64,000 bases of DNA, taken from the human T2T-CHM13v2.0 reference genome, Homo sapiens. A program made the position numbers and the translations under genes. This document shows, piece by piece, positions 1 to 14,620 of the stretch; the stretch's first letter is position 1, and every line of letters starts with the position of its first letter. The notes under the pieces are model-generated. The model had not been told where the DNA came from and did no database searches. It worked only from the letters and a program-made list of their open reading frames with translations. Location: the NCBI RefSeq assembly GCF_009914755.1, contig NC_060938.1; one strand, written 5' to 3'.

Positions 1-92
1 AAACCCAGGAGGCAGAGCTTGCAGTGAGCCCTGATCGCACCACTGCACTCCAGCCTGGGCGACAGAGCGAGACTCCTTCTCAAAAAAAAAAA
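1..92 (+). mobile_element. Alu right-arm 3' end with poly-A (cut by window start)
   Basis: GAGCTTGCAGTGAGC...CACTGCACTCCAGCCTGGGCGACAGAGCGAGACTCC followed by an A-run. Confidence 0.95.
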
Positions 93-128
93 TAGAATTT
101 ATTATAGTTGATTTAAAAAAGCAATAGA

Positions 129-739
129 TAGTTTCATCCATGTCCCTACAAAGGACAGGAACTCATCATTTTTTATAGCTGCATAGTATTCCATGGTGTA
201 TATGTGCCAAATTTTCTTAATCCAGTCTATCGTTGCTGGACATTTAGGTTGGTTCCAAGTCTTTGCTATTGTGAATAGTGCTGCTATAAACATACGTGTG
301 CATGTGTCTTTATAGCAGCATGATTTATAATCCTTTGGGTATATACCCAGTAATGGGATGGCTGGGTCAAATGGTATTTCTAGTTCTAGATACCTGAGGA
401 ATCGCCACACTGACTTCCGCAATGGTTGAACTAGTTTACAGTCCCACCAACAGTGTAAAAGTGTTCTTATTTCTCCACATCCTCTCCAGCACCTGTTGTT
501 TCCTGACTTTTTAATGATCGTCATTCTAACTGTTGTGAGATGATATCTCATTGTGGTTTTGATTTGCATTTCTCTGATGGCCAATGATGATGAGCATTTC
601 TTCATGTGTTTTTTGGCTGCATAAATGTCTTCTTTTGAGAAGTGTCTGTTCATATCCTTTGCCCACTTTTTGATGAGGTTGTTTGTTTAAACCTGCATGT
701 TGTGCACATGTACCCTAAAACTTAAAGTATCATAAAAAA
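129..739. mobile_element. 5'-inverted, truncated L1PA: inverted ORF2 C-terminus (minus, ~129-688) plus L1 3' end (plus, ~689-739)
   Basis: ORF 102..653 translates to the L1 ORF2p C-terminus ([24 protein letters not shown]). It is followed by AACCTGCATGTTGTGCACATGTACCCTAAAACTTAAAGTA in the opposite orientation. Confidence 0.9.
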
Positions 740-1099
740 TTAGAATATTTAAGGACTGCCAAAATAAAAAAGCAATACACAACTATTAGCTATGTACAAG
801 AAAGTTTCTCTACATATTCACAAATAGAAAAGATAAATATGAGAAAACATGAACCAAGAAAAGCTATAGTAGCTGTATAAATTTAAGACAAGGTAGACAT
901 CAAAAAACACTTTCAGGACTTAAGGATATTACATACTATAAAGTTATCAGTTTTTTTAAAGACACCAAAAAAGACTTAACAAATGTATAATAGATGAGGA
1001 ATACACTATTCATTGTGATTTACATAACAAAAGTGATAAAGGAAGTAAAGATATCAGTGAGACCATGCACGTAAGGGTGTCCTGGGGACTGTGAAGATT

Positions 1100-1433
1100 C
1101 TTTGTATTCATGGAGGGCACCACTGAGAGCTTCCTCTTCAATTTCTCCCTGTTGCTGCCCACATCAACCCTGGTCCTGGAGCTTGCTGGACCAAGCTTAT
1201 GCTGCAATCAGTGAAGGTGAATCCAGAGTCTTTGCAGGAGAGACTCAGATAGCCCCCGGCTGCACCGTTATTTCCTCTGTCTCCCCCGGTGAACTTCACA
1301 CAGGACTTCTGCAAACACAGAGGGAACAGACTGAGAACAGCCTCATCTGGAGCAGCCACAGCTGAGCCTGATCCGCAAGGACACTAATATTGAGAGTGAT
1401 GAGAAGGGAAGCCCAGATCAGCACAGACCCCAT
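1100..1433 (-). pseudogene. IGHVIII-25-1: 3'-truncated clan III VH pseudogene, likely IGHV(III)-25-1
   Basis: ATG at 1433. Minus-strand peptide [31 protein letters not shown] resembles FR1-FR2. No FR3 or RSS. Degenerate octamer ATTTCCAT near 1533. Paralogous to 17000-17420. Confidence 0.8.
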
Positions 1434-2909
1434 GGTGTGGATACTGAGGAAGGCACAGGTGTGGGGTGGTTCCTCACCAGGACCACTACGGACAGGGGAT
1501 GAGCTGCTCCTCTTGAGTGTGGGAGTGACCACATTTCCATGTCTCCCTTCCTGTGGACATGTGTTTGCTACTTATCAGCGATCATCCCCCCTCTGCCTGT
1601 GGATTTCAGGGAGGGCAGATCAAAGGATTCCTGGGATTGGATGCTCAGAGTTAATCTGCAAACTACACTTTCTTTTTCTCTAATGAGGGCACTTTTCAGG
1701 TGTCTTTATAGATGAATGTTTATCAACAAAATAACCCAGTAAATACATGAAAATAAACTTTTCCCAGAGGAAACATATATCTGCCTGTAGTCTCTACATG
1801 TAGAGCTGTAAACCACTGTTCTTAACAAGAAGGCAAAATGTTCATTTAGAATTTAAAATAAAATGCAGATCTACACATTGTTATGGCTAGAGTCCATAAG
1901 TGCTTGTATTCTGAGCTAATTTTGCTACACAGCAGTTCAGCATCAGGCATATATGCTTATGTGAAGAAGGAGTCATTGTGGGGCATGTGTGGTTTTCTGA
2001 GGGGAGAGTCCACATTGCAATGTGTGTGCTTGTCTAAGGGAGGAGTCCACGTTGGGACAGATGTGTGTACATGTCTGAAAGTAATTGCCCATTTAGAGAC
2101 AGTGTGAGCTAGACTGAGCTGGAGTTTGAGGAAAACTTTTCTCACTTAAGAGATTATGAGAATCCTCTGGGTGATTTCCTTGTCAGGAAGGAAACTGGCT
2201 CACATGGGAACCTTCTGAAAGAAAACTCTCTAGTGAATGGACACATCTTATATCCAAATGGAGAAAGTTACTTTATTCTTTATTCCCCGTATCTCATGCC
2301 ATCCCTGCCCACACTGAGTAACATTGCTAGAGATTTCTATACAGTCTGCATCTCATCCTGGGGTTCATGACCAGCTAAGTACTTTTTTAAGTGACTTATA
2401 TAATGGGTATGTAAAGAAACTTACAACTGATCAAAAATAAACAATGCTATCAAAAATGAGCCAAATACCATAACAAACACTTCATCACAATTATATAAAA
2501 TAATTAAATATAAAATTTTAGAGACATGTGCATTTAAACAACAATGAGCTATCACCACCAATAGATTAGAATGGTTAAAATACACAATGCTTATAGTGCC
2601 AAATGGCAACGAGGATGTGGAAGAACGGAATCTATCATGCATTGCTGGCATGAAACCAAAATTATAACTGCACAAAATGGAGACATTAAAAAATTTCGAT
2701 ATTTTATATAATTTACATAAATGTAGAATTAAAATGTGACCTAAGAGGTGTGTTCCAAAATATTTACAACACCCATTCAAAAGTGTGTGTTAGTGCTCAC
2801 ACTAATATCTTCAGAGGAATTCTTATATCAGTTTTATTAATTTGATTTGTTTTCCACTCCCTGAATTTTGTTTACAGAATACAAGTTGTATGGAAAATTT
2901 CCCAAATAA

Positions 2910-3271
<362 letters not shown>

Positions 3272-3989
3272 GATTTAACCTCACTTTCTAAAAAAGTCTT
3301 TAATCAAATAATCCCTGTAATCTCCTCAGCCACAGCATAGCTGCCTTCTCCCTCAGGGTTTCAAGATGTGGGTTTTCACACTATGCCTCTTTCACAGTAA
3401 TACACAGCCATGTATTACTGTATTACAGGAGGGGGATTTTTAGGTAATGTGTTAAGGGCATATATAATTTTACAAGAAACTAAGAATTATTTTCCTGTGT
3501 AGCTGTTTCATTTTGCATTCCCATTAGCAATGTTTTAGACTCTAGAAACCTGGTATGCTCACCAGCATCGGTATGATCCATCTTTCTTCTTAATTTCAGC
3601 CATTCTAAAAAGGGTGTTTGGGTATCTTATTGTGGTCTTGATTTGAATTTCTGTGATGAAAAATCCTGTTGAGATCCTGTTTATATGCCTATGTGTAATC
3701 TGTACATCTTCTTTAATGAAATGCCTGCACAAACCTTTGCCTATTTTATCCATGGGTTGCCTCTTCTTTTATTCACTGTTGAGTTTTGAGGGTTCTTACT
3801 ATAATTACATAGGTGGTGATATGATTTGCAAATCTCCTCATCTAAAACTTGACATTCATTTTCTTAAAATCACTTGAGTACAAAAGGATTTTAAGTTAAA
3901 TGAAGTTCAACTGATATTAATTTCATTTATTGATCATGATTTAAATTTTAATTTTCAAGATCTTTGGTCAACTATTAATAATTTTATAT

Positions 3990-6900
3990 TTTAAATTGTA
4001 ATTGTTTTTATCTTTATTTGTATAAATTTAAGGGCTATGGGTGCAACTGTGTTACATGGAAATATTACACAGTGGTATTGGCTTTAGTGTACCCAACACC
4101 CAAGTAACGTACATTGTACCCATTAGGTGATTTTTCATCATGCTCCCAACTCCTACCCTCCCATTCTGCTAAGTCTCCAATGTCCATAATCCCTCTCTCC
4201 ATATCCTTGTGTACACACTGTTTTCCTCCCACTTATAAGTAATAATGTGTGATATGTGGCTTTCTGTTTGTGAGTTAGTTCACTAATTATAATGTCCCCC
4301 AGTTCTAGGCATCTTGCTGCAAAAGACACAGTTTCATTCCTTATTGTGGCTGACTAGTATTAAATTGTGCATATATGCTATATTCTTTTATAAAATCATC
4401 TGTTGGTGGACACTCAGGTTGTCATATGTGCTATTGGGAATAGATTTGTGGTACACATAGAAGTGTGGGTATCTTTTTGAAATATGATTTCTTTCTCTTT
4501 GGGTAGCTACCCAGTAGTGGGATTGGTAGAATAAAGGCCAGTACTGTTTCTCATTTTTTGGAAAGTCTCCATACTGTTTCCTTTCTCTCTCTCTCTCTTT
4601 TTTTTTAACTATACTTTAAGTTCTGGGACACATGTGCAGAATGTGCAGGTTTGTCACATAGGTATACATAGGCCATAGTGGTTTGCTGCACCCACCAACC
4701 CATCATCTACAATAGGTATTTCTCCTAATGCTATCCCCTCCAGCCCCCCACTCCCCGACAGGCTCTGTTGTGTGATGTTTGTTCCCCTCCCTGTGTCCTT
4801 GTGTTCTCATTGTTCAACTCCCACTTATGAGTGAGAACATGCGGTGTTTGGTTTTATGTTCTTGTGATAGTTTGCTGAGAATGATGGTTTCCAGCTTCAC
4901 CCATGTCCATGCAAAGCACATGAACTCATCCTTTTTATGGCTGCATAGTATTCCATGGTGTATATGTGCCACATTTTCTTTATCCAGTCTATCTTTGATG
5001 GGCATTTGGGTTGGTTCCAAGTCTTTGTTATTGTCAACAGTGCTGCAATAAAAATATGTGTGCATGTGTCTTTATAGCAGAATGATTTATAATCCTTTGG
5101 GTATATACCAAATAATGGGATTGCTGGGACAAATGGCATTTCTAGTTCTATATCCTTGAAGAATCACCACACTGTCTTCCACAATGGTTGAAGTAATTTA
5201 CACTACCGACCACAGTGTAAAAACGTTCCTATTTCTTTACATCCTCTCCAGCAGCTTTTGTTTCCTGACTTTTTAATCATCGCCATTCTAACTGGTGTGA
5301 GGTGGTATCTCTTTGTGGTTTTGATTTGCATTTCTCGAACGACCAATGCTGTTGAACTTTATTTTATGTTTGTTGGCTGAATAAATATCTTCTTTTGAGA
5401 AGTGTATGTTCATAACCTTCCGCCAATTTTTGATGGGGTTGTTTTTTTTTTATTGTAAGCTTGTTTAAGTTCCTTGCAGATTCTAGATATTGGCCCTTTG
5501 TCAGATGGATAGATTGCAAACAATTTCTCCCATTCTGTAGGCTGCCCATTCACTCTGATGATAGTTTCTTTTGCTGTGCAGAAGCTCTTTAGTTTACTTA
5601 GATCCCATTTGTCAATTTTGACTTTTGTTGCCATTGCTTTCGGTGTTTTAGTCATTAAGGCCTTGCCCATGCCTATGTACTGAATGGTATTGCCTAGGTT
5701 TTCTTCTTGGGTTTTTATGGTTTTAGGTCTCATGTTTAAGTCTTTAATCCATCATGAGTTAATTTTTGTATAAGGTGTAAGGAAGGGATCCAGTTTCAGT
5801 TTTCTGAATATGGCTAGCTAGTTTTCTCAACACCATTTATTAAATAGGGGATCATTTTCCACATTGCTTGTTTCTGTCAGGTTTTTCAAAGGTCAGATGG
5901 GTGTAGATGTGTGGCATTATTTCTGGGACCTCTGTTGTGTTCCATTGGTCTGTATCTCTGTTTTGGTACCAGTACCATGCTGTTTTGGTTACTGTAGCCT
6001 TGTAGTATAGTTTGAAGTCAGGTAGCGTGATGCCTCCAGCTTTGTTCTTTTTCCTTAGGATTGTCTAGGCTATATGGGCTCTTTTTTGGTTCCATATGAA
6101 ATTTAAAGTAGTTTTTTTCTAATTCTGTGAAGAAAGTCAATGGTAGCTTGATGTGGATAGCATTGAATCTATAAATTACTTTGGGCAGTATGGCCATTTT
6201 CACGATATTGATTCTTCCTATCCATGAACATGGAATGTTTTTCCATTTGTTTGTGCCCTCTCTTATTTCCTTGGGCAGTGGTTTGCAGTTCTCTTGAAGA
6301 GGTCCTTCACATCCTTTGTAAGTTGTATTCCTAGGTATTTTATTCTCTTTGTAGCAATTGTGAATGAGAGTTCACTCATGATTTGGCTCTCTGTTTTTCT
6401 ATTATTGGTATATAGGAATGTTTGTGATTTTTCCACATTGATTTTGTATCCTTAGACTTTGCTGAAGTTGCTTATCAGCTTAAGGAGATTTGGGGCTGAG
6501 ATGATGGGGTTTTCTAAATATATAATCATGTCATCTGCAAACAGAGACAGTTTGACTTCCTCTTTTTCTATTTGAATACCCTTTATTTATTTCTCTTGCC
6601 TGATTTCCTTGGCCAGAACTTCCAATACTATGTTGAATGGGAGTGATGAGACAGGACATCCTTGTCTTGTGCCGGTTTTCAAATCCACCATGATCAAGTT
6701 GGCTTCATACCTGGGATGCAAGGCTGGTTCAACATATGCAAATCAATAAACATAATCCATCACATAAACAGAACCAATGGAAAAAAAACACATGATTATC
6801 TCAATAGATGCAGCAAAGGCCTTCAATAAAATTCAACACCCCTTAATACTAAAAACTCTCATTAAACTATGTATTGATGGAATGTATCTCAAAATAATAA

Positions 6901-7660
6901 GAGCTGTTTATGACAAATGCACAGTCAATATCATACTGAATCCATACTGTTCTCTATAGAGGTCGTACTCGTCCACATTCTCATCAACAGTGTCTAAGAG
7001 TTCCCTTTACATTTCATCCTCTCCAACATCTGTTATTTTTGACTTTTTAATAACAGCCATTGTGAATGGTATATCTCACTAGTTTTAATTTGCATTTCCC
7101 TGATTATTAGTAATGCTGAGCATTTTTATATATCTATTGTCCATTTTTATGTGTTATTTGCAAAAATGTCTACTCATGTTCTTTGCTCATTTTAATGGGG
7201 TTATTTGGTTCTTGTTTTCTTTTGTTGTTGTGGTTTGAGTTTCTTGTTAATTCTGTATATTAGTACTCTGTCAGATGCACAGTGTGCAAATATTTTCTAT
7301 CATTCTGCACTTTGTCTGTTCACTCTGTTGCTGTGAAGAAACTTGTTAGATTCATTAAGTCCCATTTGTCTATTGTTTGCTTTTTGTCCAGAAGAGTTGT
7401 CCTGGTGTTTTATTTGAATACATTTACAGTTTGAAGACTTACATTTAAACCTTTAATCTATTTTGTGTTAATTATTTACATGTTGAGGGTGGGGGTCCAG
7501 TTTCATTCGCGTGCATATAGCTATCCAATATCCCCAGCACCCTTTATTGAATGGGGTGTCCTTTCCCTGGTGTATACGTTGGTTAATTTTTGTTAACTTT
7601 GTCAAAGATCACTTGGCCATAGATTATGTGGCTCGGTTCTGGGTTCTGTAAAATGTACCA
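3990..7660 (-). mobile_element. Old L1 (L1M/L1PB-like) 3' region, interrupted by a younger L1PA
   Basis: L1 3'UTR/ORF2-like antisense sequence at ~3990-4570 resumes at 6941-7660 after the duplicated TCCATACTGTT. Boundaries approximate. Confidence 0.75.
4581..6940 (-). mobile_element. L1PA, 5'-truncated with 5' inversion
   Basis: Minus-strand 3'UTR and ORF2 fragments (ORFs 4897, 5410, 6018) to ~6683. Plus-strand RT segment 6684-6940 ([18 protein letters not shown]). TSD TCCATACTGTT at 4568 and 6941. Confidence 0.93.
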
Positions 7661-7811
7661 AAGAGCCTTGGTTCTCCTGGGGCCTCAGTACTGATCTGCT
7701 CACTGCTTGAACTCCGTTGACTCAGTGATGCTCCTATCATTGTAGTGGTTTGTTGTCATGCGATGGCTGTCCTAAAATTGTGGACAATTCTGTTTTCGTG
7801 TTCAAACATGA

Positions 7812-8161
<350 letters not shown>

Positions 8162-8840
8162 CGAATTTTTCATTTCTTTTCCGCATTGCTCCTCAGACTT
8201 ACTGAGCTGGGTTTCTGATGTCAAGCTGAGGCATTTTCCTTTCCAAGTGTTGGATTTTATACTTACCTGGGTATTTAATCACTCCCTGTGTGGAAATCAG
8301 CCTCATCTATCACACCTTCCCTATAAAATTTTTAGAAATTTATTTGTGCACTGCAAGTGAGACACTCCATGATGAGGACACATTCCATCTTTCTTGTTGT
8401 TTCATAAAATTACTTTATTAGTGTAAATTTTTCTCTGCAAAAAAAGATGGTATCTGGATTTTAATTAATCATCCTGCTCTTTTATCTCCACATTCTTCTC
8501 CAACATTACTTCCTGCAGTTTAAGATGGCCTATGTTATAGATATTTGTATTCAGCCCCTTGGAAGGATATGAGCTCAAGAAATAAGTGGCCACATATCAG
8601 TGATGCATGTGGCCCAGGTAATGGGAATCTTTCATGCTCAATCTTTGTCAAACAGGATACAGCCTCTGCTTGCGTGAATCACTAACAGGGAACATGCCAT
8701 TTAATAGTACAGAATAGGAAAACAGACAGGGCTCTGAGTCTGGTTGGTATAGGAAACACAAGCCCTGGCAGGAAATGGCATCTCAGTCACACTTTCCTGT
8801 TCTGCAGAGGTAGGGAGGGAGCACCACTGAGATGCAGCTA

Positions 8841-8879
8841 GGTTCTTGTACAGGAGGCATCCTGGGCTGTGTCTCTGTG
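8841..8879 (-). other. 23-RSS of IGHV2-26
   Basis: CACAGAG + 23 nt + ACAAGAACC. Confidence 0.95.
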
Positions 8880-9323
8880 GTATCCGTGCACAGTAATATG
8901 TGGCTGTGTCCACAGGGTCCATGTTGGTCATGGTAAGGACCACCTGGCTTTTGGAGGTGTCCTTGGAGATGGTGAGCCTGCTCTTCAGAGATGTGCTGTA
9001 GGATTTTTCGTCATTCGAAAAAATGTGTGCAAGCCACTCCAGGGCCTTCCCTGGGGGCTGACGGATCCAGCTCACACCCATTCTAGCATTGCTGAGTGAG
9101 AACCCAGAGACGGTGCAGGTCAGCGTGAGGGTCTCTGTGGGTTTCACCAGCACAGGACCAGACTCCTTCAAGGTGACCTGGGACAAGACCCCTGTGGAGA
9201 AGACATAAGAAGATGAAGCCCACAAAGGAGACAACTGATGTTTCACTTCTGAGGAAGTCCCTGACCACAGCACTCACAGGAAGGGGTGGTCAGCAGCAGG
9301 AGTGTGTAGCAAAGTGTGTCCAT
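8880..9323 (-). CDS. IGHV2-26: Functional VH segment IGHV2-26 (leader exon 9278-9323, V exon 8880-9191)
   Basis: Leader [19 protein letters not shown] intron, then [38 protein letters not shown]...[16 protein letters not shown]...YYCARI. Open frame. Confidence 0.97.
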
Positions 9324-9397
9324 GGTGGGGCACAGGAGTCACTGAGCGAGGCCCCGTGCTCAGCTTTTGAACCCAGAGGAGGGTGGAGCTGGTGGAG

Positions 9398-9405
9398 ATT
9401 TGCAT
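9398..9405 (-). promoter_or_regulatory. VH promoter octamer of IGHV2-26
   Basis: ATGCAAAT (minus) ~75 bp upstream of the ATG. Confidence 0.9.
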
Positions 9406-10869
9406 TCCCTCATCTGAGTCCTACTCTATGGGGTGCACTCAGGTCTCAGGACTCAGTAGGGGAGTGCATCTGTGGTGAGGAGCAGTGAGCCCTCAGGTGT
9501 GGGCGTCCACGTGGGATCTCCATGGGGGACTCCATCTCATTTCAGGACCATGCCTCTCAGCCAAGGCTCTGAGATTCCTGCTCCTACAGACAGGGTCTTC
9601 TCTAAGGCTCACCCAGGGAGCATGCAGCTTTCTGGTTTTAGTCCTAGAGGATGAGAGTGGAAATCAATAGAGATGGTTTTCTTTCTTCCTTCAGGAGAAA
9701 TGAGGGTGGGAATCTGGGAGAGCAAGGGGCTTCCCATAAGTGTTCTGATAAAAATCCTCTTTGTTTAGGGGGAAAGTGATGATTTTTTTGAATGATAGAG
9801 AATACATCAACAAAACATTTAAAAATGTATTGTGTAAAGAAGTGTAAATGGCATCTCAGCCATTTACACACTGCAAGACACACAGCTTATTAGTGTGTCT
9901 GCACATAGGTGCATTCCTATAGGAATGTTCCATGGATAATCAGTCTTGTCTTTATGCCCTGTCAGCCCTTTAGGAAGAGTAGACTGCATCTCTGACATCC
10001 CTCTTCCAGCGCATGAGTGAGCAGAGGCTTTAAACAGGGTAATTGGAGGAATCCCAGGGGAGCAGCTGGTAGACTGTTCCCAGCCTTGATTTCCACCTGC
10101 CGTGGAGGTGGTCTCTGTGCTTATAAGGCCATGGAGACTTTTGTCAGTTCAGATTGACCTAATTACTGCAAACAATAATATACAGTAATTGGAAATTTCT
10201 AGAACAATGCACATATACATATACACCTCCATGCTAGCCATTCTGAGCTCTGTGATTTAGTGGAAGTTAAGCATTTGCACCGCGGCCATAAAGTAGGATC
10301 ATTATGTAACTCACAATGTTGTTGTAAAATCATAGTTCTGCAATAATTAAAGGCTGGTGATTTACACTGGGCTCTATCGCTGACAGTTTTGGTTGTCAGC
10401 TGCAGGAAACAAGACTAAGAAGCAGTGAGATAAAATTAGTTTTCTTAGATTTAGAAAATGGTCTGGATGTGGCTTATGGAAAAGAAGACAGTAACATTCA
10501 AAGTCGTAGCCAATAAGCCCTGGGTTTTTACCTCACTTACCTCTTAGAAGCTCAACTAAAGCTGACTTTCCCCTCTCATTGTCTTCAATAATGTTTCAAA
10601 GTCTGGGAAAGATTAAGATTGGGCTAATTTTGCCGATGTTACCTTTCAATTCATAATAAAAATGATTTTTTGAGTTATTTCTTAGAGTAAAATAATGACA
10701 AATTAGCTAAAATATGTACCAATACCTGTGAGCAAATATAATATGGAAACAGGCATGTTCTAATACTAAAAAATAAATATTAGAAGTTGGGATGATATTA
10801 AGTGAAATTCAGTTGATATGTATTGACCTGCATATTACTGTGTTATTGTGTAGTCAAGATATTTTAGAA

Positions 10870-11645
10870 AATCATAGAATAAAATTCAACATTCATTTCT
10901 GATAGAAATTATCAAAAACTAGGTATACAAGAAGGATATCTCAAAAAATAAAGCGCATATATGAGAAAAACACAGCTTTCATCACACGAAGCATGGAAAA
11001 ACCGGGAAATTTTCATCTAAGAAGTGGAAGAAGACAAAAATAACCATTTTTATCACTTTTATTCAGAATAGTACTGAAATGCTAGCCAGAGTATTTAGTT
11101 AACAGTAAAAGGAAATGACCTCAAATTTGGAATTGTGGAAGTCAGATTTCCTGTGAGCAGACAAAAAGATCTTATATTAAAAAAAGAAAACTAAAGCCTT
11201 CTCACAAACTATTAGAATTCATAAGCAAATTAAGTAAAGTTGTAAGATTCATCATCTACATACAATAATTGGTGGCATTTCTATATGTTGACAGCAAAAC
11301 ATCTGAGAATGAAATCCATGAAGCCTTTCCTTTTACAATAGCTGCAAAATATACCTAGGAATAAATGTTACCAAATAAGAGAAAGATTTCTAGAGGATAA
11401 CTATAAATTATTGGTAATAGAAAATGAAATGGACACACATAAATAGGACATATATCCCAGATACTCCACATTTATGGATTGGAAGAATTAATAGTATTGA
11501 AATTTTCATACTACCCAAAGTTATTTACAGATTAGATAAATTATCTATCAAAATAATAATGGCCTTCTTCACAGAAATAAGAAAAGCAATCCTTCAATTC
11601 ACACGTAGGCATGAAAGACCCAGAATAGAAAAGACCATCCCCCAA
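10870..11645 (+). mobile_element. Old L1 ORF2 fragment
   Basis: ORF 11424 ([19 protein letters not shown]) resembles L1 ORF2p. Boundaries approximate. Confidence 0.75.
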
Positions 11646-11839
11646 ATGCATGGCATTTACACATTCGCAGTTCATTCATTTGATTATAACAGTCCCCAAA
11701 CTCTTAACTCATTTCATCATCAACTCTAAACAAGTTTAAAACATAATTTAAATATTAACTAAACCATACATGAGTAAGATTTGAGGTAGAATTATTTCTG
11801 AAACAAATTTCTCTCCAACTCTGAGCCAGTAAAACCAGA

Positions 11840-12195
11840 TATCTTATTTTATTGGGGCTGCTTTAACAAAGTGTCATAAAGTGCATGACTTTAACAAGAC
11901 ATATTTATTCTGTGCAGTGCCGAATGCTGGGAAGCCCAAGACAGCCAATCATGTGTATGTAAAGGTTTCCTTCCTGAATTGCAGATGGCCGTAATTTTAT
12001 CGTATCATCTCATGACAGGGAAGCAAGAGAGAAAAGCTCTCCCGTGACTTTTTATTAGAGCACTAATCTCATTTATGACGGCTTCAACCTTTTCACCTGA
12101 TCACCCCTTAAATGGCCCACACCCCAATTACACCACACTGGGGATTAGGGTTCCACAATATTAATTTTGGAGTTGCATACACATTCAGTCCATAG
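11840..12195. mobile_element. MLT1-type MaLR LTR
   Basis: Ends in ...GGGATTAGGGTTCCACAATATTAATTTTGG...CATTCAGTCCATAGC, typical of MLT1. Confidence 0.6.
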
Positions 12196-13458
12196 CGCTG
12201 GACAAGTTATTTGATTTCAAAATACAGTGGTGAGTTAGGCATAAAATAGACATTTTCTCCCCCAAAGAGAAAAATAGAAAAGAAAGGAGGGGTGATGTGT
12301 CCCCAGCAAGTACAACACATAACAAAACAAATTACCATAGACCTTAAGGCTCAAGTGGAATCTTCTCTGGGCCAAGCTTCTTCTTTCCCAGCTCATTGCA
12401 GCAGCAGAATTAATTCCAATGCTTTAAGTAGAGGCACCAATGGGTAACTGCTGGGTTAAGGTCCCATCCCAAAGACCCCATGCAGCCCTACACACAAGGC
12501 TCACTGGGAGTTCCTAAGTTCCAGGCAGTGGTAGGAGGTCTTTTCCTCAAGGTTTTAAGCATGGATGGTCTGGTCTGTTGAAACCAAGGTAGTGGTCATG
12601 ATTACTTCTAAATAAATTCAAGGTTTATTTTTCTTTGTTCTGGAAGAATGGTGCACATTTGCAACCAAGTAGCTCCATCCTCTTAAATCTGAAGAATCTG
12701 ACAGTATTCGTCCATTTTGTCTCATCTCCATCCTTGTTCTTTAAAACCTGCATTTATTCTCTTTTAATACCATAAATTCTTTATCAAGTGATATTACAGC
12801 CTCATACTCACTGTTCTCTTCAGAACACACTTTCTGATTTTTGCAACACAGATAGATTGAGAATTTTCCAAGCCTTTAAGTTTTGGATATTTTCTCCCTT
12901 ATAATTTCATTTTCAATTCATCTATTTCTTATTATAAATGCCCAGGAGAAACCAAACTACACTTTCAACATTTTACTTAGAAGTGTTCTCAGCTAAATAT
13001 TCAATTTTGCTGCTCAAAGTTCTCTTTTACTAAATATCACAACATAGTCTAGACAAGTTTTTTTTGTCACTTTATAACAAAGATCACCATTTATCCAGTT
13101 TCCAATAGCACTCTACTCATTTTAATCTATCAGAATGACACTTAATATATAAATTTCTTTATGCATGTCAAAACTATCCAGCCTTTTACACATAACCCAA
13201 TTCCAAGGCACTTTCCACAGTGTTGAAATAATTGTAACATCAGAACCCCACTTCTTCATCCCAAATTCTCTTTAGTCAGTTCAAACATTAAAAACAATCA
13301 TACTTGGTAACTTACACAACCTTAATTTTATCTCAGTTCCTCAATTCTGGAAATTCAAAGATAAACATGCTGGCAAGATAGGTTTTATTTTGAGGCTTCT
13401 ACTGTTGGCTCATAGCAGCCACCATATTGCTATTTGGTCACATGACATCTTCACGTGG

Positions 13459-13461
<3 letters not shown>

Positions 13462-13495
<34 letters not shown>

Positions 13496-13514
13496 AAAGA
13501 CAGAGAAGGGTTCA

Positions 13515-13549
<35 letters not shown>
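13462..13549. repeat. (TG)n and (GA)n microsatellites
   Basis: Seen directly. Confidence 0.95.
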
Positions 13550-13550
<1 letters not shown>

Positions 13551-13629
13551 CTTGTGTCTTTACCTCTACAGGCGTTAAGTCCATTTTAATGATTCCACAC
13601 CCCTAATTTGCTGCACAATTAAATACTTC

Positions 13630-14620
13630 TTCTGTTCGTCCATTATTGAATTGTAAAGAAATACCTGAGGCTGGATAATTTATAAAGGACATAGGTTTTA
13701 TATGGCTCACAGTTGTGCAGGCTGTACAGCAAGTGTGGTGCTGACATCTGTTTCTGCTGAGTGCCTCAGAAAGCTTACAGTCAAGGCAGAAGATGAAGGG
13801 GAGCAAGAGTGTCACATGACAATAGGGGGGAAGATAAGAGAAGGGAGTGGTACCAGGCTCTTTCAATCAGCTGTCATGTGAACTGATAACTCATTCATCA
13901 CCAAGGGGATGACACGAAGTAACTCATGAGGGATATGCCCCTAATGCCATGCCTCCCAGCAGACTTCACCTCCAACACTGGGGTTCACAGTTCAACATAA
14001 GATTTGGAGAAAACACACATCCAGACCACATCATTCTGCCCCTTATGTCTTTCTTACATTGCAATATACAATAATCCCTCCCCAGTGGTCCCTGACAATC
14101 TGAACTTGTTTTGGCATTAATTCAAAATCCAAAGTTCAGACTCAAGGAAAAGTTCCTTTCACCTATGAGACTGAAAAATCAAAAATAAGTTATTTACATC
14201 CAAAGTACAATGATGGGTCAGAAATTGGGTGAGGAGTCCTATGCTAAAAAGAGAAAATGGCCCAAAAATTGGGTAAAGATTTTTATGGAAGGCCAAAACC
14301 TAGTCGGACAGTCCTTCAATCTTAAGGCTCTAAAATAATCATTGACTCCATGTCTTGTGACCTGGTGCAAGGGTGGGTGCCCAAGGCCTTGGGCAGCCCT
14401 ACCTTTGTGACTTCCCTAATGCAGCCCATAAGGCTGCTCTCATGGGTTGGAGCTGGGTGCCTGTGGCTTTTCCAGACTCGAGCTGCAAGCTGCCTGTGGA
14501 TCTACCATTCTGGGGTCTGGAGGTTGGTAGCCCCCTTCCATAGCTCTACTTGGCAATGTCATGGTAGGGACTCTGTGTGGAAGATCCAACCACACATTTT
14601 CCCTGCGATTGCCCTGAAAG
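13630..14620. mobile_element. MST/THE1-family MaLR LTR with adjacent internal sequence
   Basis: AAAGAAATACCTGAGGCTGGATAATTTATAAAG...GGCTCACAGTT...CAACATAAGATTTGG; internal-type sequence follows. Confidence 0.75.

Noticed and set aside
102-653. 183-aa ORF as a novel gene
   Set aside because: It is the L1 ORF2p C-terminus within a truncated element
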